Source of the DNA: the human T2T-CHM13v2.0 reference genome, Homo sapiens
NCBI RefSeq assembly: GCF_009914755.1
Contig: NC_060929.1
Strand: one strand, 5' to 3'
DNA: 64,000 nt
Each line of letters opens with the position of its first letter. The stretch's first letter is position 1. The notes below the pieces were generated by a model, which had not been told where the DNA came from, made no database searches, and saw only the letters and a list, made by a program, of their open reading frames with translations. This document shows positions 15,206-27,785 of this stretch, one piece after another. A program made the translations under genes and the position numbers.

Positions 15206-16471
15206 GTCTAGAGAAGAGAAGACCCAGGCAGATTATGAGGATGATCTCCAGTTAACTGAAGGAGTCAGGAGGATGAGGTGTGATATGATATCCTAGAGGG
15301 CAGCACCAGAACTTTGGCTGGAAAAAATGGGAGACAGATTTTAGAACAATAGAAAGAAGACTTCACAAACAGTTAAGGCTGGTTTGAGAAAGATTTGTGC
15401 CTGGTGGGTAGTGAGCTGCTTGTTTCTGGGGGAGTTTAAGAAAGGATTGCATGACCAACAGTTGGTAGATATTGCAGAGGTCTGTGAAGTACACAGGAGA
15501 AGAGGACACTGAAAGAGGAAGCGTGCATTAGGAAGGCTCTGCAAATCAGGAACAGCAATTGAGGACTGGCATCCAAGAGCTCTCTCATTGCTATGGTAAC
15601 AGTGGGGGTGGGGGTGGTAACAAGCTAATTGTGTTTATAAACCTCAGCTGGGGCTTGTTTCTGAGCACTTTCTTGAGTTAAAGGTGATTCCAGGATCCTG
15701 GTCTCTGCCATGCAACAAATCCTAACTCCTGGGACCAGGATCCTATTTTGAAATTGCTTATATTCCTATCTCTAGATTCTAGCTCCTCATTAGACTCTCT
15801 TGAGTAGGGTAGAAATTCCAATATGGGGAAACAGGTGGAGGAAATCTGATGATCAACCCAAACATCTCAGGACAGGAAGCTGCATCTAGAGTAATGAATA
15901 CTAATTTCAAACCTATATATTGCATTTGGTGGGTAAAAGTGTGAGCGGTAGAAACAGAAGGCTGGATATCATCAACTGAAGAATGAGGAGGTTCATAAAT
16001 TTGGAAAGGAGAGCTTTATTTCTCATAAAGGATTGCAGGCTGCAGGGTTGCCATTCTGACAGGGTGGGAAGCATAGCCTCTGGTCAGAAGCCCAAAACAG
16101 ATACTCTGAGGGTGGGGCAAATGGAATAGAAATTTATGCTGAGCAGAGTGGTCGAATATACATATTCAATAAGCTATCAGAGGAATCATGAATATTTATG
16201 AAGGAGAAATATGCACACGTGCAATTGAGCTTCATCCCCCTGCTTGTGTCCCATGTACAAAAAATGACGGTGTTAGCATGATCTAAGGGTGGAGTTTTTG
16301 GCCCTTTGACATCAAAAGGTGAAGTAGACAGGAACACCCTTACTGTGCATTCTTTGTAGATTGGCCAGAACCACCCTGTGGTCGGTGGTCTCTTATCGGG
16401 CAAAAAAGGAGAGGCAGCATTAGGCGGTAGACTGATACCAGTGGTGGAGTCTTTTGAAAGGGCTGTTTTCT

Positions 16472-17945
16472 TTTTAAAATATTTTTAAATTTATTTTTTT
16501 ATTTTCAATAGGTTTTTGGGGAACAGGTGGTGTTTGGTTATGTGAATGAGTTCTTTAGTGGTGATTTGTCAGATTTTGGTGCACCCATCACCAAGCAGTG
16601 TACCCTGTACCCAATGTGTAGTCTTTTATCCCTCGCCACCCCACCCTTTCCCCGAGTCCCCAAAGTCCAATGTATCATTCTTATGCCTTTTGTTGTTCTC
16701 ATAGCTTAGCTCCCATATATGAGTGGGAACGACAATGTTTGGTTTTCCATTCCTGAGTTACTTCACTTCATCCAGGTTGCTGCAAGTGCCATTATTTCAT
16801 TCCCTTTTATGGCTGAGTTGTATTCCATGGTGTGTGTGTGTGTGGCTGTTTGAGTGTGTGTGTATATATATATATACACACACACACCATATTTTCTTTG
16901 TCCATTTCTTGTTTGTTGATGGGCATTTGGGCTGGTTCCATATTTTTGCAATTGCAAATTGTGCTGCTATAAACATGTGTGTGCGAGTATCTTTTTCATA
17001 TAATGACTTCTTTTCCTCTGGGTAGATACCCAGTAGTGAGATTGCTGGATCAGATGGTAGATCTACTTTTGGTTCTTTAAGGAATCTCCACACTATTTTC
17101 CATAGTGGTTGTACATAGTTTACATTCCCACCAACAGTGTAAAAATGTTCCCTTTTCACCGCATCCACACTAACATCTATTATTTTTCTGATTTTTTGAT
17201 TATGGCCATTCTTGCAAGAGTGAGGTGGTATCTCACTGTGGTTTTGATTTACATTGCCCTGATCATTAGTGATGTTGAGCATTTTTCCATATGCTTCTTG
17301 GCCATTTGTATATCTTTTTTTGAGAATTGTCTATTCATGTCCTTAGCCCACTTTTTAATGGGATTGTTTGTTTTTTTCTTGTTAATTTGTTTGAGTTTGT
17401 ATCAGTCTGTTTTCACGCTGCTGATAAAGACATACCTGAGACTGGGAGGAAAGAGGTTTAATTGATCTTAAAGTTCCACATGGCTGGGGAGGCATCAGAA
17501 TCATGGCAGGAGGTGAAAGGCACTTCTTACATGGTGGCAGCAAGAGAAAAATGAGGAAGAAGCAAAAGTGGAAACCCCTGATAAACCCATCAGATCTCAT
17601 GAGACTTATTCACTATCATGAGAATAGCATGGGAAAGACTGGCTCCCATGATTCAATTACCTTTCCCTGGGTCGCTCCCACAACGCGGGGGAATTCTGGG
17701 AGATACAATTCAAGTTGAGATTTGGGTGGGTATACAGCCAAACCATATCAGAGTTCTTTGTAGATTCTGGATATTAGTCCTTTGTAAGATGTATAGATTG
17801 CGAAGATTTTCTCGCACTCTGTGGGTTGTCTGTTAGCTCTGCTGATTATTTCTTTTGCTTTGCAGAAGCTCTTTAGATTAATTAAGTCCTATCTATTTAT
17901 TTTTGTTTTTGTTGCATTTGCTTTTGGGTCCTTGGTCATGAAGTC
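16472..17945 (-). mobile_element. L1PB1-like 5'-truncated LINE-1 (ORF2 C-terminus + 3' UTR)
   Basis: 3' end caataggtttttggggaacaggtggtgtttgg...gattttggtgcaccc. ORF 16797-17282 includes MFIAAQFAIAKIWNQPKCPST. 17-bp TSD at 16455 and 17946. Confidence 0.9.
17398..17750 (-). mobile_element. THE1 (probably THE1C) MaLR solo LTR inside the L1
   Basis: tgtatcagtctgttttcacgctgctgataaagacatacc...cagccaaaccatatca; perfect 5-bp TSD GAGTT. Confidence 0.95.
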
Positions 17946-18159
17946 TGAAAGGGCTACTTTCTGTTAAGCCCTTAGGGAAGAAAGGCTAATGATGGTTAAT
18001 GAGGGAGGGGGTATAATGATGTGTATCTGAGTCTCCTATCCTGTCATGGCTGAGAACTCAGTCTTCAAGTTTACTCTGGGATCCCCTTGGCCAAGAGATG
18101 GTCCATTCAGTCAGTTGGTGGGGAAGGGGGGGGCTTTGAATTTTACTTTTAGTTTATGA

Positions 18160-18340
18160 TATATAGTTGCATGACCTTGAGCAAGTTGCTTTTCTCTGCC
18201 TTATTTTCCTTGTCTCTTAAGATGAGACTCACATTAGTTGCTACCTTAGTGGATTGTTTTCGGATTGAGACAATAGCACTGTGCCCAGTACATGTTAAGC
18301 ACTCAATATATTTAAACTATTATCATTGCTATTGTTGTTT
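18160..18340 (+). mobile_element. MIR fragment
   Basis: tgaccttgagcaagttgctt...agcactgtgcccagtacatgttaagcactcaatatat. Confidence 0.65.
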
Positions 18341-18730
18341 TATCTCAATGAACTTCTAAAGTGCCTCTAAGGAGGGTAGAATAGATATTATTAACCCCAT
18401 TTTACAGCCTCAGAAACTGAAGCAAAGGATATTTAAGACTCATTATGACATCATACTGCTTCACTATTGCTGGCAGGATAAAACTAGGACTTAGTTTTCC
18501 TAACTTCACGTGGACCGGACAAGGGACAGGTTCTGTACGTGTGTTCTAGAAAGGGGGACAGAATTTATTTTTTGAAAAGGCAATATAAGCACATAAGTAA
18601 AATTCTGCAAGAAGGTGTGCAGTGAAAAATAAACCTCCTTCCTATCCCCCTCATCTCCAGTTCTTTGGTCCCTTCCTGTTGACAGATCCTGTGCATCTTT
18701 CAGGAGCTGTTTCATGCATACACAAGCCTA

Positions 18731-19783
18731 GTGTGGGTGTGTGTGTGTGTGTGTGTGTGTGTGTATCCCAGGGGACTGTTTCTACAAAAGGCCCCTTCCT
18801 GCTCCTGTCCCTGATCCAGGTGTGTGTGTGTGGTGTATATGTGTTTGGGGTGTGAGGGGTGTGTCTGTGCGCATGTGTGTGTATGGTGTATGTGTGTGGG
18901 GTGTAAGGTGTGTGTGTGTGGTGTATGTGTGTGGGGTGTAAGGGTTGTGTGTGTGTGGGTGTGTGTGTGGAGCCTGTGTGTGTATGTGTGTGTGGGGTGT
19001 GAGGGTGTGTGTGTGGGGTGTGAGGGTGTGTGTGTGGGGTGTGAGGTGTGTGTATGTGCACATGTGTGTGTATGGTGTACGTGTGTGTAGGGTGTAAGGT
19101 ATGTGTGTGGTGTATGTGTATGTGGGGTGTAAGGGGTGTGTGTGGGGTGTGTGTGTATGTGTGTGGAGTCTGTGTGTGTGTGTGGGGTGTGAGAGGTGTG
19201 CGTGTGCGGTGTGCGTATGTGTGTGTGAGGTGTGAGGGGTGTATGTGTGTGTGAGGGGTGTGTGTATGTGTGTGGTATGTGGGGTGTGTGTGTGAGACAT
19301 GTGTATTTGTGTGTGTGGTGTGTGTGGGGTGTGAGGGGTGGGTGTGGTGTATGTCTGTGTGTGGGGTGTGAAGGGTGTGTGTGTTAGGTGTATGTGTGTG
19401 TGGTGTATGTATGTGTGGGGTGTGATGGGTGTGTGTGTGGTGTATGTGTGTGAGGGGTGTGTGTATGTGTGTGGTGTCAGTGTGTGTGTGGTGTCTGTAT
19501 GTGTGGGGTGTGAGGGGTGTATGTGGGGTGTGTGTGGTGTATTTGTGTATGAGGTGTGAGGGGTGTGTGTGTGTGGTGTGCGTGAGGGGTGTATGTGTAT
19601 GTGTGCATGTGGTGTGTGTGTGGTTTATGTGTGTGTGGGGTGTGTGTGGGGTGTGAGGGGTGTGTGTGCATGCATGTGTGTGTATGGTGTACTTGTGTGG
19701 GATGTGTGTGTGTGGGGTGTGTGTGTGGGGTATGTATGGGTGTGTGGGGTATATGTGTGTGTATGTGTGTGTGGGGTATGTAT
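18731..19783. repeat. ~1-kb compound (TG)n / GTGGGGTGTGAGGG low-complexity tract
   Basis: Read directly; almost entirely G/T with recurring GGGG runs. Confidence 0.97.
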
Positions 19784-20532
19784 GGCAGGCCCAGTCCAGT
19801 GCTGTTTCCCTGCTTTCTTAGACCCTTTTCTCAGAACCTTGGAGTTCCTGACTGTGTGAGAAGGCATAGGCAGGTGGCCTGGTGGTGTGAACACTGGGCC
19901 ACTGTCCCTTTTCTTCCCCTGGCTTTTATCTCCTTCTTAAGATGCTGTCATTTTCCCAGCGGTCCTGACCTTCCTGGGGAATACTGATGGGGAATCCCAG
20001 GTCCCAAACTGCCGACTGTCAGGCCTGGAGCACAGGACAGGTCCCAGGGGTGCAGGTCACAGGCCCAGGGACCCTGTCTCTTTGGCTCTTCCCTTCTCTC
20101 CTGGGGCCTCTGCTCACCTGGCTTCTGGGGAAGTGTCAGACGTGTTCAGCTTCAGTAATCCTGCCACTTTCCCAGCCATGAGGAAAAATCTATGTGTTTA
20201 TTATTATTATTGTTACTACTACTATTTAACATCTAGAAGCTTTTCCCTGACAAACAAAGAGTGGCCTTGGCTGCCTGCTACCTTGGCCAGGAGATAAGGG
20301 ACAGGGCAGGCTGAGAACACAAGTCCTTTTTGGGGTCTGCTTGGCGTGTGGTGAAGCCAGGGGAAGAGAAGGGACAGTGGCCCAGTGTTAACACCACCAG
20401 GCCACCTGCCTGTGCCTTCTCACACAGAGTCAGGAACTCCAAAGTTCTGAGAAAAGGATCTAAGAAAGCAGGGAAACAGCGCTGGCCTGGGCCTGCCATA
20501 CATACCCCCCCCACACATACACACACACATAC
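19752..20532. repeat. Inverted duplication: arms ~19752-19925 and ~20354-20532, spacer ~430 bp
   Basis: tatggcaggcccagtccagtgctgtttccctgc...cttcccctggctt is the reverse complement of aagccaggggaag...cctgggcctgccata. ORFs 19563+ and 20278- share the peptide MAGP..CFPAFLDPFLRTLEFLT. Confidence 0.95.
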
Positions 20533-21411
20533 CAGCAGTGAAGGCAGTGGAGAAGAGACCACCTCCTGTCAGAGCCAGTCCTCACAAGCGTGTACGCATC
20601 ACAGTGGAGTTCTGGGCTCCCCGGCTGCTGGTTCCTCCAGCTTCCGCCTCTGGTTTCCCTCTTCCCTGGCCTGGGAACGTAGAAGGGTGCAGGGTGAAAG
20701 ACTTGGTCTTCTACCGCATGGATTCTCTGAGCTGCCCCAGCAGGACCGTGACTCTCTGAAGCCTGAAACGATTTGAACAGCCCCCTGTCGGGCAGCTCCT
20801 CACTGGCTGATGTGGGCTTGAACATGTCAGTCATGGAGAACTCACCACTTCCTGAATCTCTCCATTGCAGTCTTGGATGGTTCTAGAGAGAGGAGCAGAA
20901 CTGGAATATGTGGCTACAGCTATGTGAATTGACAGCTTCTGGGCTTTGAACCGCAAATTCCTCTTTCACTTAAAAATCCTTTGGGCTCTTGCCCTTTGTG
21001 TCTCTAACTCTTGGGACGTTTTTCTTAGGGACAGGCTTCCAGTGTCCCATCTAACACTTGGGTGAGCTGGGCCCGTTGTTCGTGGGAAGGGGTGTAAGTG
21101 TAGGGGAAATCCATTTGTCACAAGAGAGAATCAGGTAGGGGAGGGACAAGGTGACTTCTGAGGTTCTGTTCTTATGCATCTGGACTCCCACCTTCCCTCA
21201 TTCTATGAAGAAGCTGGAGAGTCCGTCATTCTTGGACCTTTCCCTCAGTGCAAGGAAAACAAGTTGGAGAAGTGACAGTGTCCTGGGATGAGCCCAGCAG
21301 CTTTCTTTCCTTTCTCACTCAGCCTCTGTCTCTCTCCCCACAACCGTTTCCTGCCTGGGGCGGTACAGCCAGCAGCCAGTGCGCCTGAGCCCTGTTATTT
21401 AAAATTCAGCC

Positions 21412-21425
21412 GTCACCATGGCAAC
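21412..21425. promoter_or_regulatory. RFX X-box motif GTCACCATGGCAAC
   Basis: Matches the GTNRCCATGGYAAC consensus in non-repetitive sequence. Confidence 0.5.
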
Positions 21426-21949
21426 CTGCATCTTGCTCCATTTCAACCAGAGATACAAAGAAGCAGTGAAAGGGAAAGTTTAATAATGTTTTCTTTTTTT
21501 TCTTTTTTTATGAATCTCACTGACTGTCCATCTTTTTGTGAAATAGAAATGTTTCATTTTAGTGGCATTATCAAAATGTCATTCGTTTTCAGACCCCGTG
21601 GCTTCTGGAGGGTCAAAGTCATCACTTGCTTTCTAGGGCTGCCGCTGTCACCCCGTTTCCCCCTTCAGAATGGATGATGAGTGTTATTCCGCATTTAGGC
21701 TTTTTGAAAGATTTGAGGTTGGACTAAGTTTAGAGAGTGTTTATGGCTTTATTCTCCCTTCCCTTTCCCTGGTATCAAATCTCAGAGTCACGGCAAGGTA
21801 AAAAAAGCTAGAAGAGTCTTTAAAGATCACTGACTCTGGGGTGCCATTTTTGTTTCAGTGTGTGTAGTACCTCCTCCCCAGCATTCTGAGAGTGCTTCCT
21901 CATTACTGTCATGGAGCTTGGCCTCTGGGTGGTGTTTCTGTGATTCATG

Positions 21950-22300
21950 TGGAGCCAAGAATTTCCCGTAACCACTGTGACTGGCTCATGAATGAGTATA
22001 CGGCCCAAAAGGTATGGCTGAGCTGCAGTTCTGGGTCTGAGAGAGAGCCTCTTTATTTTTCTGCTGAGGGGATGAAAGCCTGGAGCTGCCAGAGACCCTC
22101 ACAGAGAAGGAACTTGCCTACAAGTGGAGTGAACACAAAGGGAAGCAGAACTGATGGATGGAGAAGAGAAACCAGGCTTGGATGACGTTGCTTGATATCT
22201 TAGATCGAGGCAACCCTGAATCCATGGCTTTGCAGTTTCATGAGCAATATATTCCATTTTTTTACTTTAAGCCAGCTTCAGCTGGGGTTTCTGACAGCAG
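21950..22300 (+). mobile_element. Old MaLR LTR (MLT1K/J-like)
   Basis: aagcctggagctgcc...gaacacaaagggaagcagaactga...tttaagccagcttcagctggggtttctg. Confidence 0.6.
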
Positions 22301-23493
22301 AACGCCACGACTTTGATGTTACATACCTCAAGCTCCTTCTTTTACAAATGAAAGCATGGAGACCCAGTGCAGGGAGGTAGCATCCAAGGTCACACAGAGA
22401 GGCAGCTCTGAAGGTCAGGTCTCCTGGTGTCCTCAAAGCCTTTCTGTCTGCTGTCCTTCGGTCCTCTGTTTTCAGGCAGATTCTGTTACCTTTGCAGGAA
22501 CAAAAGCTGAGCCTATGGATGCTCATGATCAAAAAGTATAATTACGGTGAAGACCCTTGCTCAGCTACTCATCCCAGGGTGAGGGTGAGCATTTGGGGTG
22601 ATGTCCAAGGAAAGTGTCCACCCTCGGCTTGTACAAGGAAAGTGCTCACAGTTGGCTCTGCATAGCCCTGTGGACAGACCCTAGGTACACTTTGCCTGTT
22701 TTCTTCATTGAGACAAGATCTGTTTGTTCAGTCTGCAAACAAATGTCACACATTCAACCAACACTTACAATTTTATTAATTTAATTGAACAGCATTAATT
22801 GAGGGCCTCCTATGTGCTAATCACTGTTTTGGGGGCACAGATTCAATGGTCAATAAAGGGAGGCTCAGTGCCTAAGCTCATGGAGCTTATATAATTTACT
22901 GTGGACATGAAAATAACCAGAGATACATAAAACTAAGGACTGTGAAAAAGTCTTATGCTTGGAAATTTCCCCATACCATGAGAGCATAAGACGAGGGCCC
23001 ATCTCATTTTCAGAGTTGGAAGGAGCCTTGAGCTGATATGGGCAGAAGGAGCAGGAGTTAGATGAGCAAAGGGAGGTGTGGTTGGGGACTAGGGGACTGA
23101 ACCTTCAAAGCTGGGAAAAGGGGAAGGCAGGACTTTGAATTAATTCATGCCAGTGTTGACAGGGGGCACCATCTGCCAATGTCCTTCTCTTTTGCCACTT
23201 TAAGTCTTTCTGTTCCTGCCCTATAGATTCTCTGAGCCCCCTTATTCCCATGACTCCCTAAGTCAGTTATATAATCTATTTTCCAGCCCAGGACCTTGGA
23301 TGCCTAAGTTAAGATCTGTTTCGTGCTAAAGACTAGATAGTAGCGTTTTTGTGTGTGAGACTAAACATCATTCCCATGATAACGAGGTCTGCTTTTAAAG
23401 AGAAAGATGTGGGTTGCCTTTATCCTTCCTGAAAAGTGCTATAACTTCTCAAATCTAACTTCCGTTTGATTTGCTGTCTGCTGGTGAATGTGA

Positions 23494-23528
23494 CTGTAGT
23501 AAAGTTTATTGCCACTAGAGGGCAGGAA
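23494..23528 (+). promoter_or_regulatory. CTCF-binding motif with upstream (ZF9-11) module
   Basis: Core gCCACTAGAGGGCAg at 23511-23525, preceded 10 bp earlier by CTGTAGT (CTGCAGT-like). Confidence 0.65.
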
Positions 23529-24983
23529 CACCAAGGCAAAGGACTGAGAAGCGTGAGACCAGGGCTATGAAGTCTGCAGGCACACCCAGATAAGCCGATA
23601 GGGTTTGCACTGGTGTGGGACGTGTCAAATTCCAAGCCCAAACTCTGCGTGTCTGAATTCAGATACATCGTCTACACACTCAGATGATTTCATTCTGCAT
23701 ACTGTAATCACTATAGATGCTGGTGCCAGCAAAGAAAGAATAAAAAAGGACTTTTGGTGGGGGAGGTTCCTGCTGTTTATAAAACAACGAAATAATGTGT
23801 TGAATTTCACCTTAAAGAGTCCTTTAAAATGTTCCCAGGAGTCAGAGGACCCCAATGTTGGTTCTTAATGTGCTGTGTGACCTTGCTTAAGAAATGAAAC
23901 TCCTCTGGGCCTAAATTGCCCCTTTGTAAAAGGATAACATGGTGATGTGAAAAGACTCTTCTGATTCAAAGAAGAGAAGTGGTAAAGATGATTGAGACTG
24001 GAGAACTGCCCACTTAGATGCCTATTTGTGATTTGTGTGATTTCTAATTCTGGGGGCTCTTCATACTGAGGGAGCTTTATTTTCCTGACTCATACATTTT
24101 TTTTTTTTCATTTCAGCAGTTGAGTATACTTTAACAGAAAGGAATGAAGAGCTAAGGGTGGAATTTTGGCAGGTGGTGAAGGAGGTACTGTTGGTTCTTT
24201 CAAATCGCACCATGACAGTCAGTATTCTCTTTGCCTTTGATGAGGATGAGACTGATATGGGAGACTTGGTGAATATCTGTGAGAGTTACGTGTCTCCCTG
24301 AAACTCAGATTAAACCCTCCATTATCCTGGAATCCAGAGCCTTATTGTACTAGCTCATGAACCTGTCAGCTTGAGAATAAGTAGGGTGGAAACAGGACTG
24401 CTCTGGGAATGAGGGATGATATATAATGTTTTTCCTGCCGCATCATTCTAGAATGATGGACTATCTCTACGAGGCTAGGCCCCAACAAGAGGTGGAGCTT
24501 CTGCCTAAAGCCACCATCTTTTTCGAAGAGTGTCCCCCCAGGTGACTAGGTCTCTAAGGACCTAAGCTCCCTTTGGTACTCCTCTTGCTGCCTCAAGCTG
24601 GGGAAAGATGGTGGTTTGGGCTCTACCTCCATGTATTTGGGCATGAAACATCATGAAGACAACAAACCAAAACAAAGCAAAACAAGCCACAACACAAATC
24701 CTATATAAAAACCTCCTTTCTCTGGCAGTCCCAGTTTCTGGGGTTCACATTCCCAGAGAAGTTAGTCCCAAAAGACAGAGGGAGAGAGGTCAGCAGGAGT
24801 GAGATGAGGCTCTGCTTGGATTCCCCTTCCTCTCCAGACCTTTGTGGACCACCCTCCAGCTCTCTGTGGTCTTTCTCTCCCATTCCACAGCTGCCTGATT
24901 GACGGTGAAGGGCTGCTCCATGCTGCTGCTGCCATTCTCACTTAGCAAGAGATTATAAATGCCTTCAGTCTCAATTAATATAG

Positions 24984-25427
<444 letters not shown>

Positions 25428-26799
25428 TAACCGTCTGCTCCCCACTGATGCTGCGTGGCCTCTCTGCATCTTGTCACGGGTAAAATCACAAGATCTTAGG
25501 GATCATCCTCTCTGGACAGGCTTTTCGTTTTACAGAGAAGGGAGATGGCTTTGAGCTGATGGCAGACTAGGACTAGAATCCAGGTTTTTGGATTTCCCAC
25601 CCGCTGCCCTTTTCACTCTGCCAGGCTTATTGAGTGTAGGCATAAAGGAAAGACAAAGGGACCTCACAATCCTATGTGCTAGACAATTTACAGACAATGA
25701 ACACAAATGTCCCCTTACACATTTTTGTATTCTCTTCCATGCTTCTACTAGTAAGTGTCCAAAATACTGTCCCCCGCTGATTGCCTGTTGGACACATTTG
25801 GTCTGACCCTCCTTCCTGTGCCCCAAAGCAGCATTTAAAACCCCTCCATACCCTTTCCCAGTTCTGTCCCCTCTCTGCATCCCCCAGGGATTAAATTTCC
25901 CAAGGGCAATTGCCACACAGAGGCAGCAACCCAGTCACAAGATGGCTAAATATAACTGTGCAGACTGCAAATAAGCCTCCGGGATCATCTGCTCCTTTGT
26001 TTAGCTTATTATCCTCCCAAATCAAACTCCAGAGGAGGCTCGCGCATCGTCCATGTTGGGCAGGACCCGTTGGGTGGATGTTTGTGTCCGACAGGAAAAA
26101 CCAAACAAACGCAACTCTGCTGTGAGCCGAGTCATTCCTCTTCCCCAGTGGAGCAGGACTTGCTTTTTAGATAAAGCCAACAATCCCCAGGTTTTGATTT
26201 CCAAAGCAAATCACTGAGAATCACATCAATATTGGGAACAGATGCAACAGTCTGGCCGACCAGCTGTGTGCAGCCGAGCAGCCAGGGATGTGGAACCAGG
26301 AACAAAGAGGTGCTGGCACTGGAATGTGCTTCATCTCTGCTGTCTCTGCCTCCCTAAGGGAGAAATGGACCATGTGGTGGGCAGGGGCATCCAGGGTTCT
26401 GGGCTGTGCAGGCAAACCAGAACTGGAGATACGGAGACAGTCACCCCCAGAGACACACGTTTGCAGGTGGCAATTCTGATCCATTAGTGATGTCTGATGT
26501 GGACCCAGGTCTGGTGTAACAGGCGTGCTCTATATTTCATCTGTGTTTTAGACAAAACCAGTATCAGTACGTAGGATTTCATAGAGGGTAGGGTGGAGCT
26601 GGGTCTCCACGAAGCTCCAGGCTTAACTGAAGCCCAAAGCTGTCCCTCAAGGAGGACTGTTTTTTCCCAGAGACTGGAGGTCTACTATGAATCTTGGATG
26701 GTAGTGGGGACAAGGAACAGGGAACAACCTGTACTTGGAAAGGACCTGGAGTTTGATTTCTATCATGAAAGGGCACTGATGATGTCCATTGCTCATCAA

Positions 26800-27545
26800 A
26801 TGGATACTTTTCAATATTTATCCTAAATAAATCCTTATCAGCACTTGATGCTACTGGCCAGTTCTTCCCTCCATTGGTTGAGATATGATTCTGCCTTTTC
26901 TTCTGTCTCTCTTGTCTCTCCTTTGTTTCTCTAGAGGTTCCATCCTCCTCTGCCATTAAATATCAGGATTCCTTCATGCTTGGCCCCAGGCCCACTTCTT
27001 CTTCCACCCGGTATTCTTTCTCTGGGCGATCTCTTCCAGCCCATTGCTTCCATTCCCACCCCCATGCATATACTTCTTTTATATCTTGAGCCATGCATAC
27101 CTCTCAGCTCCAGTGGCCTCTCTGCCACCTTGACTTGGATGTCTCTAACTCACCCTGTTGGAAAATGAGTCTGTGATCTTCCATCTGTGCCTCACCTACC
27201 TGAATCTCTTCTAGTGTTTCCAGACTCAGAGGACGACGCCACCATTCACTTAAATAAGCCAGAAATCTCACCTGAATACCTCTCTGTCTGTTTCCATGTC
27301 TAATCCATCATCTAGCCTTGAGGATTTTACTTCATATTTATTTTTGAATCTGTCCACTTTTTCCTTTCACAATTACTATCCTAGTTCAAGCTACTATCAC
27401 TTCTTGCCTGGACTACAAATGGGTCCAAACCTCCTAATTCTTTTTCTTAAATTCATTCCAGCTCCCAAGGTCTTTGTCAAAAGGTAGATTGAATTATCTC
27501 TCTCCCTCACCCCTGTGTCTCCACTCTGACACTTGCTTCTAGTTT
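26800..27545 (+). mobile_element. L2 LINE fragments
   Basis: Pyrimidine-rich diverged sequence, e.g. tctctgggcgatctcttccagcccattgcttc...acttggatgtctc. Confidence 0.6.
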
Positions 27546-27554
27546 CCTGTGGTA

Positions 27555-27785
27555 CAGGTTGAGTATCCTTTATCCAAAATGCCTGAGACAAGAGGTGTTT
27601 AATATTTCACATTTTTTGGATTTTGGAATATTTGCATTATATACTTACCTGGTTGAACATACCTAATCCAAAAATCTAAAATCTGAAATGCTCCAATGAG
27701 CATTTCCTTTGAGTGTCATGTTGCCACGCAACAACTTTCAGATTTCAAAGCATTTTGCATTTTCCCATTTGGGATGCTCAACCTG
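27555..27785. mobile_element. Tigger4a/MER46A MITE
   Basis: TIRs caggttgagtatcc / ggatgctcaacctg; TA TSD on both sides; 231 bp. Confidence 0.9.

Larger units (their letters stand above)
15970..18158 (-). mobile_element. ERV1 solo LTR (LTR9/MER4-group-like) split into two halves (15970-16471, 17946-18158) by an L1
   Basis: The reverse complement begins taaactaaaagtaaaattc...gactgaatggaccatctcttggccaaggggatcccag. The halves join through the L1 TSD tgaaagggct(g/a)(t/c)tttct. Confidence 0.75.

Noticed and set aside
15288-15308. Second CTCF-like motif cctagagggcagca
   Set aside because: The 5' half of the core mismatches, there is no upstream module, and it sits in an L3 remnant.
16797-17282. 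161-aa ORF, plus L1-like ORFs at 44869, 45370, 46918 and 58351
   Set aside because: Broken L1 ORF2p C-terminal remnants of truncated elements, not host genes.
18622-19987. Overlapping His/Thr/Pro- and Cys/Val-rich ORFs
   Set aside because: They are translations of the (TG)n/(CA)n tract.
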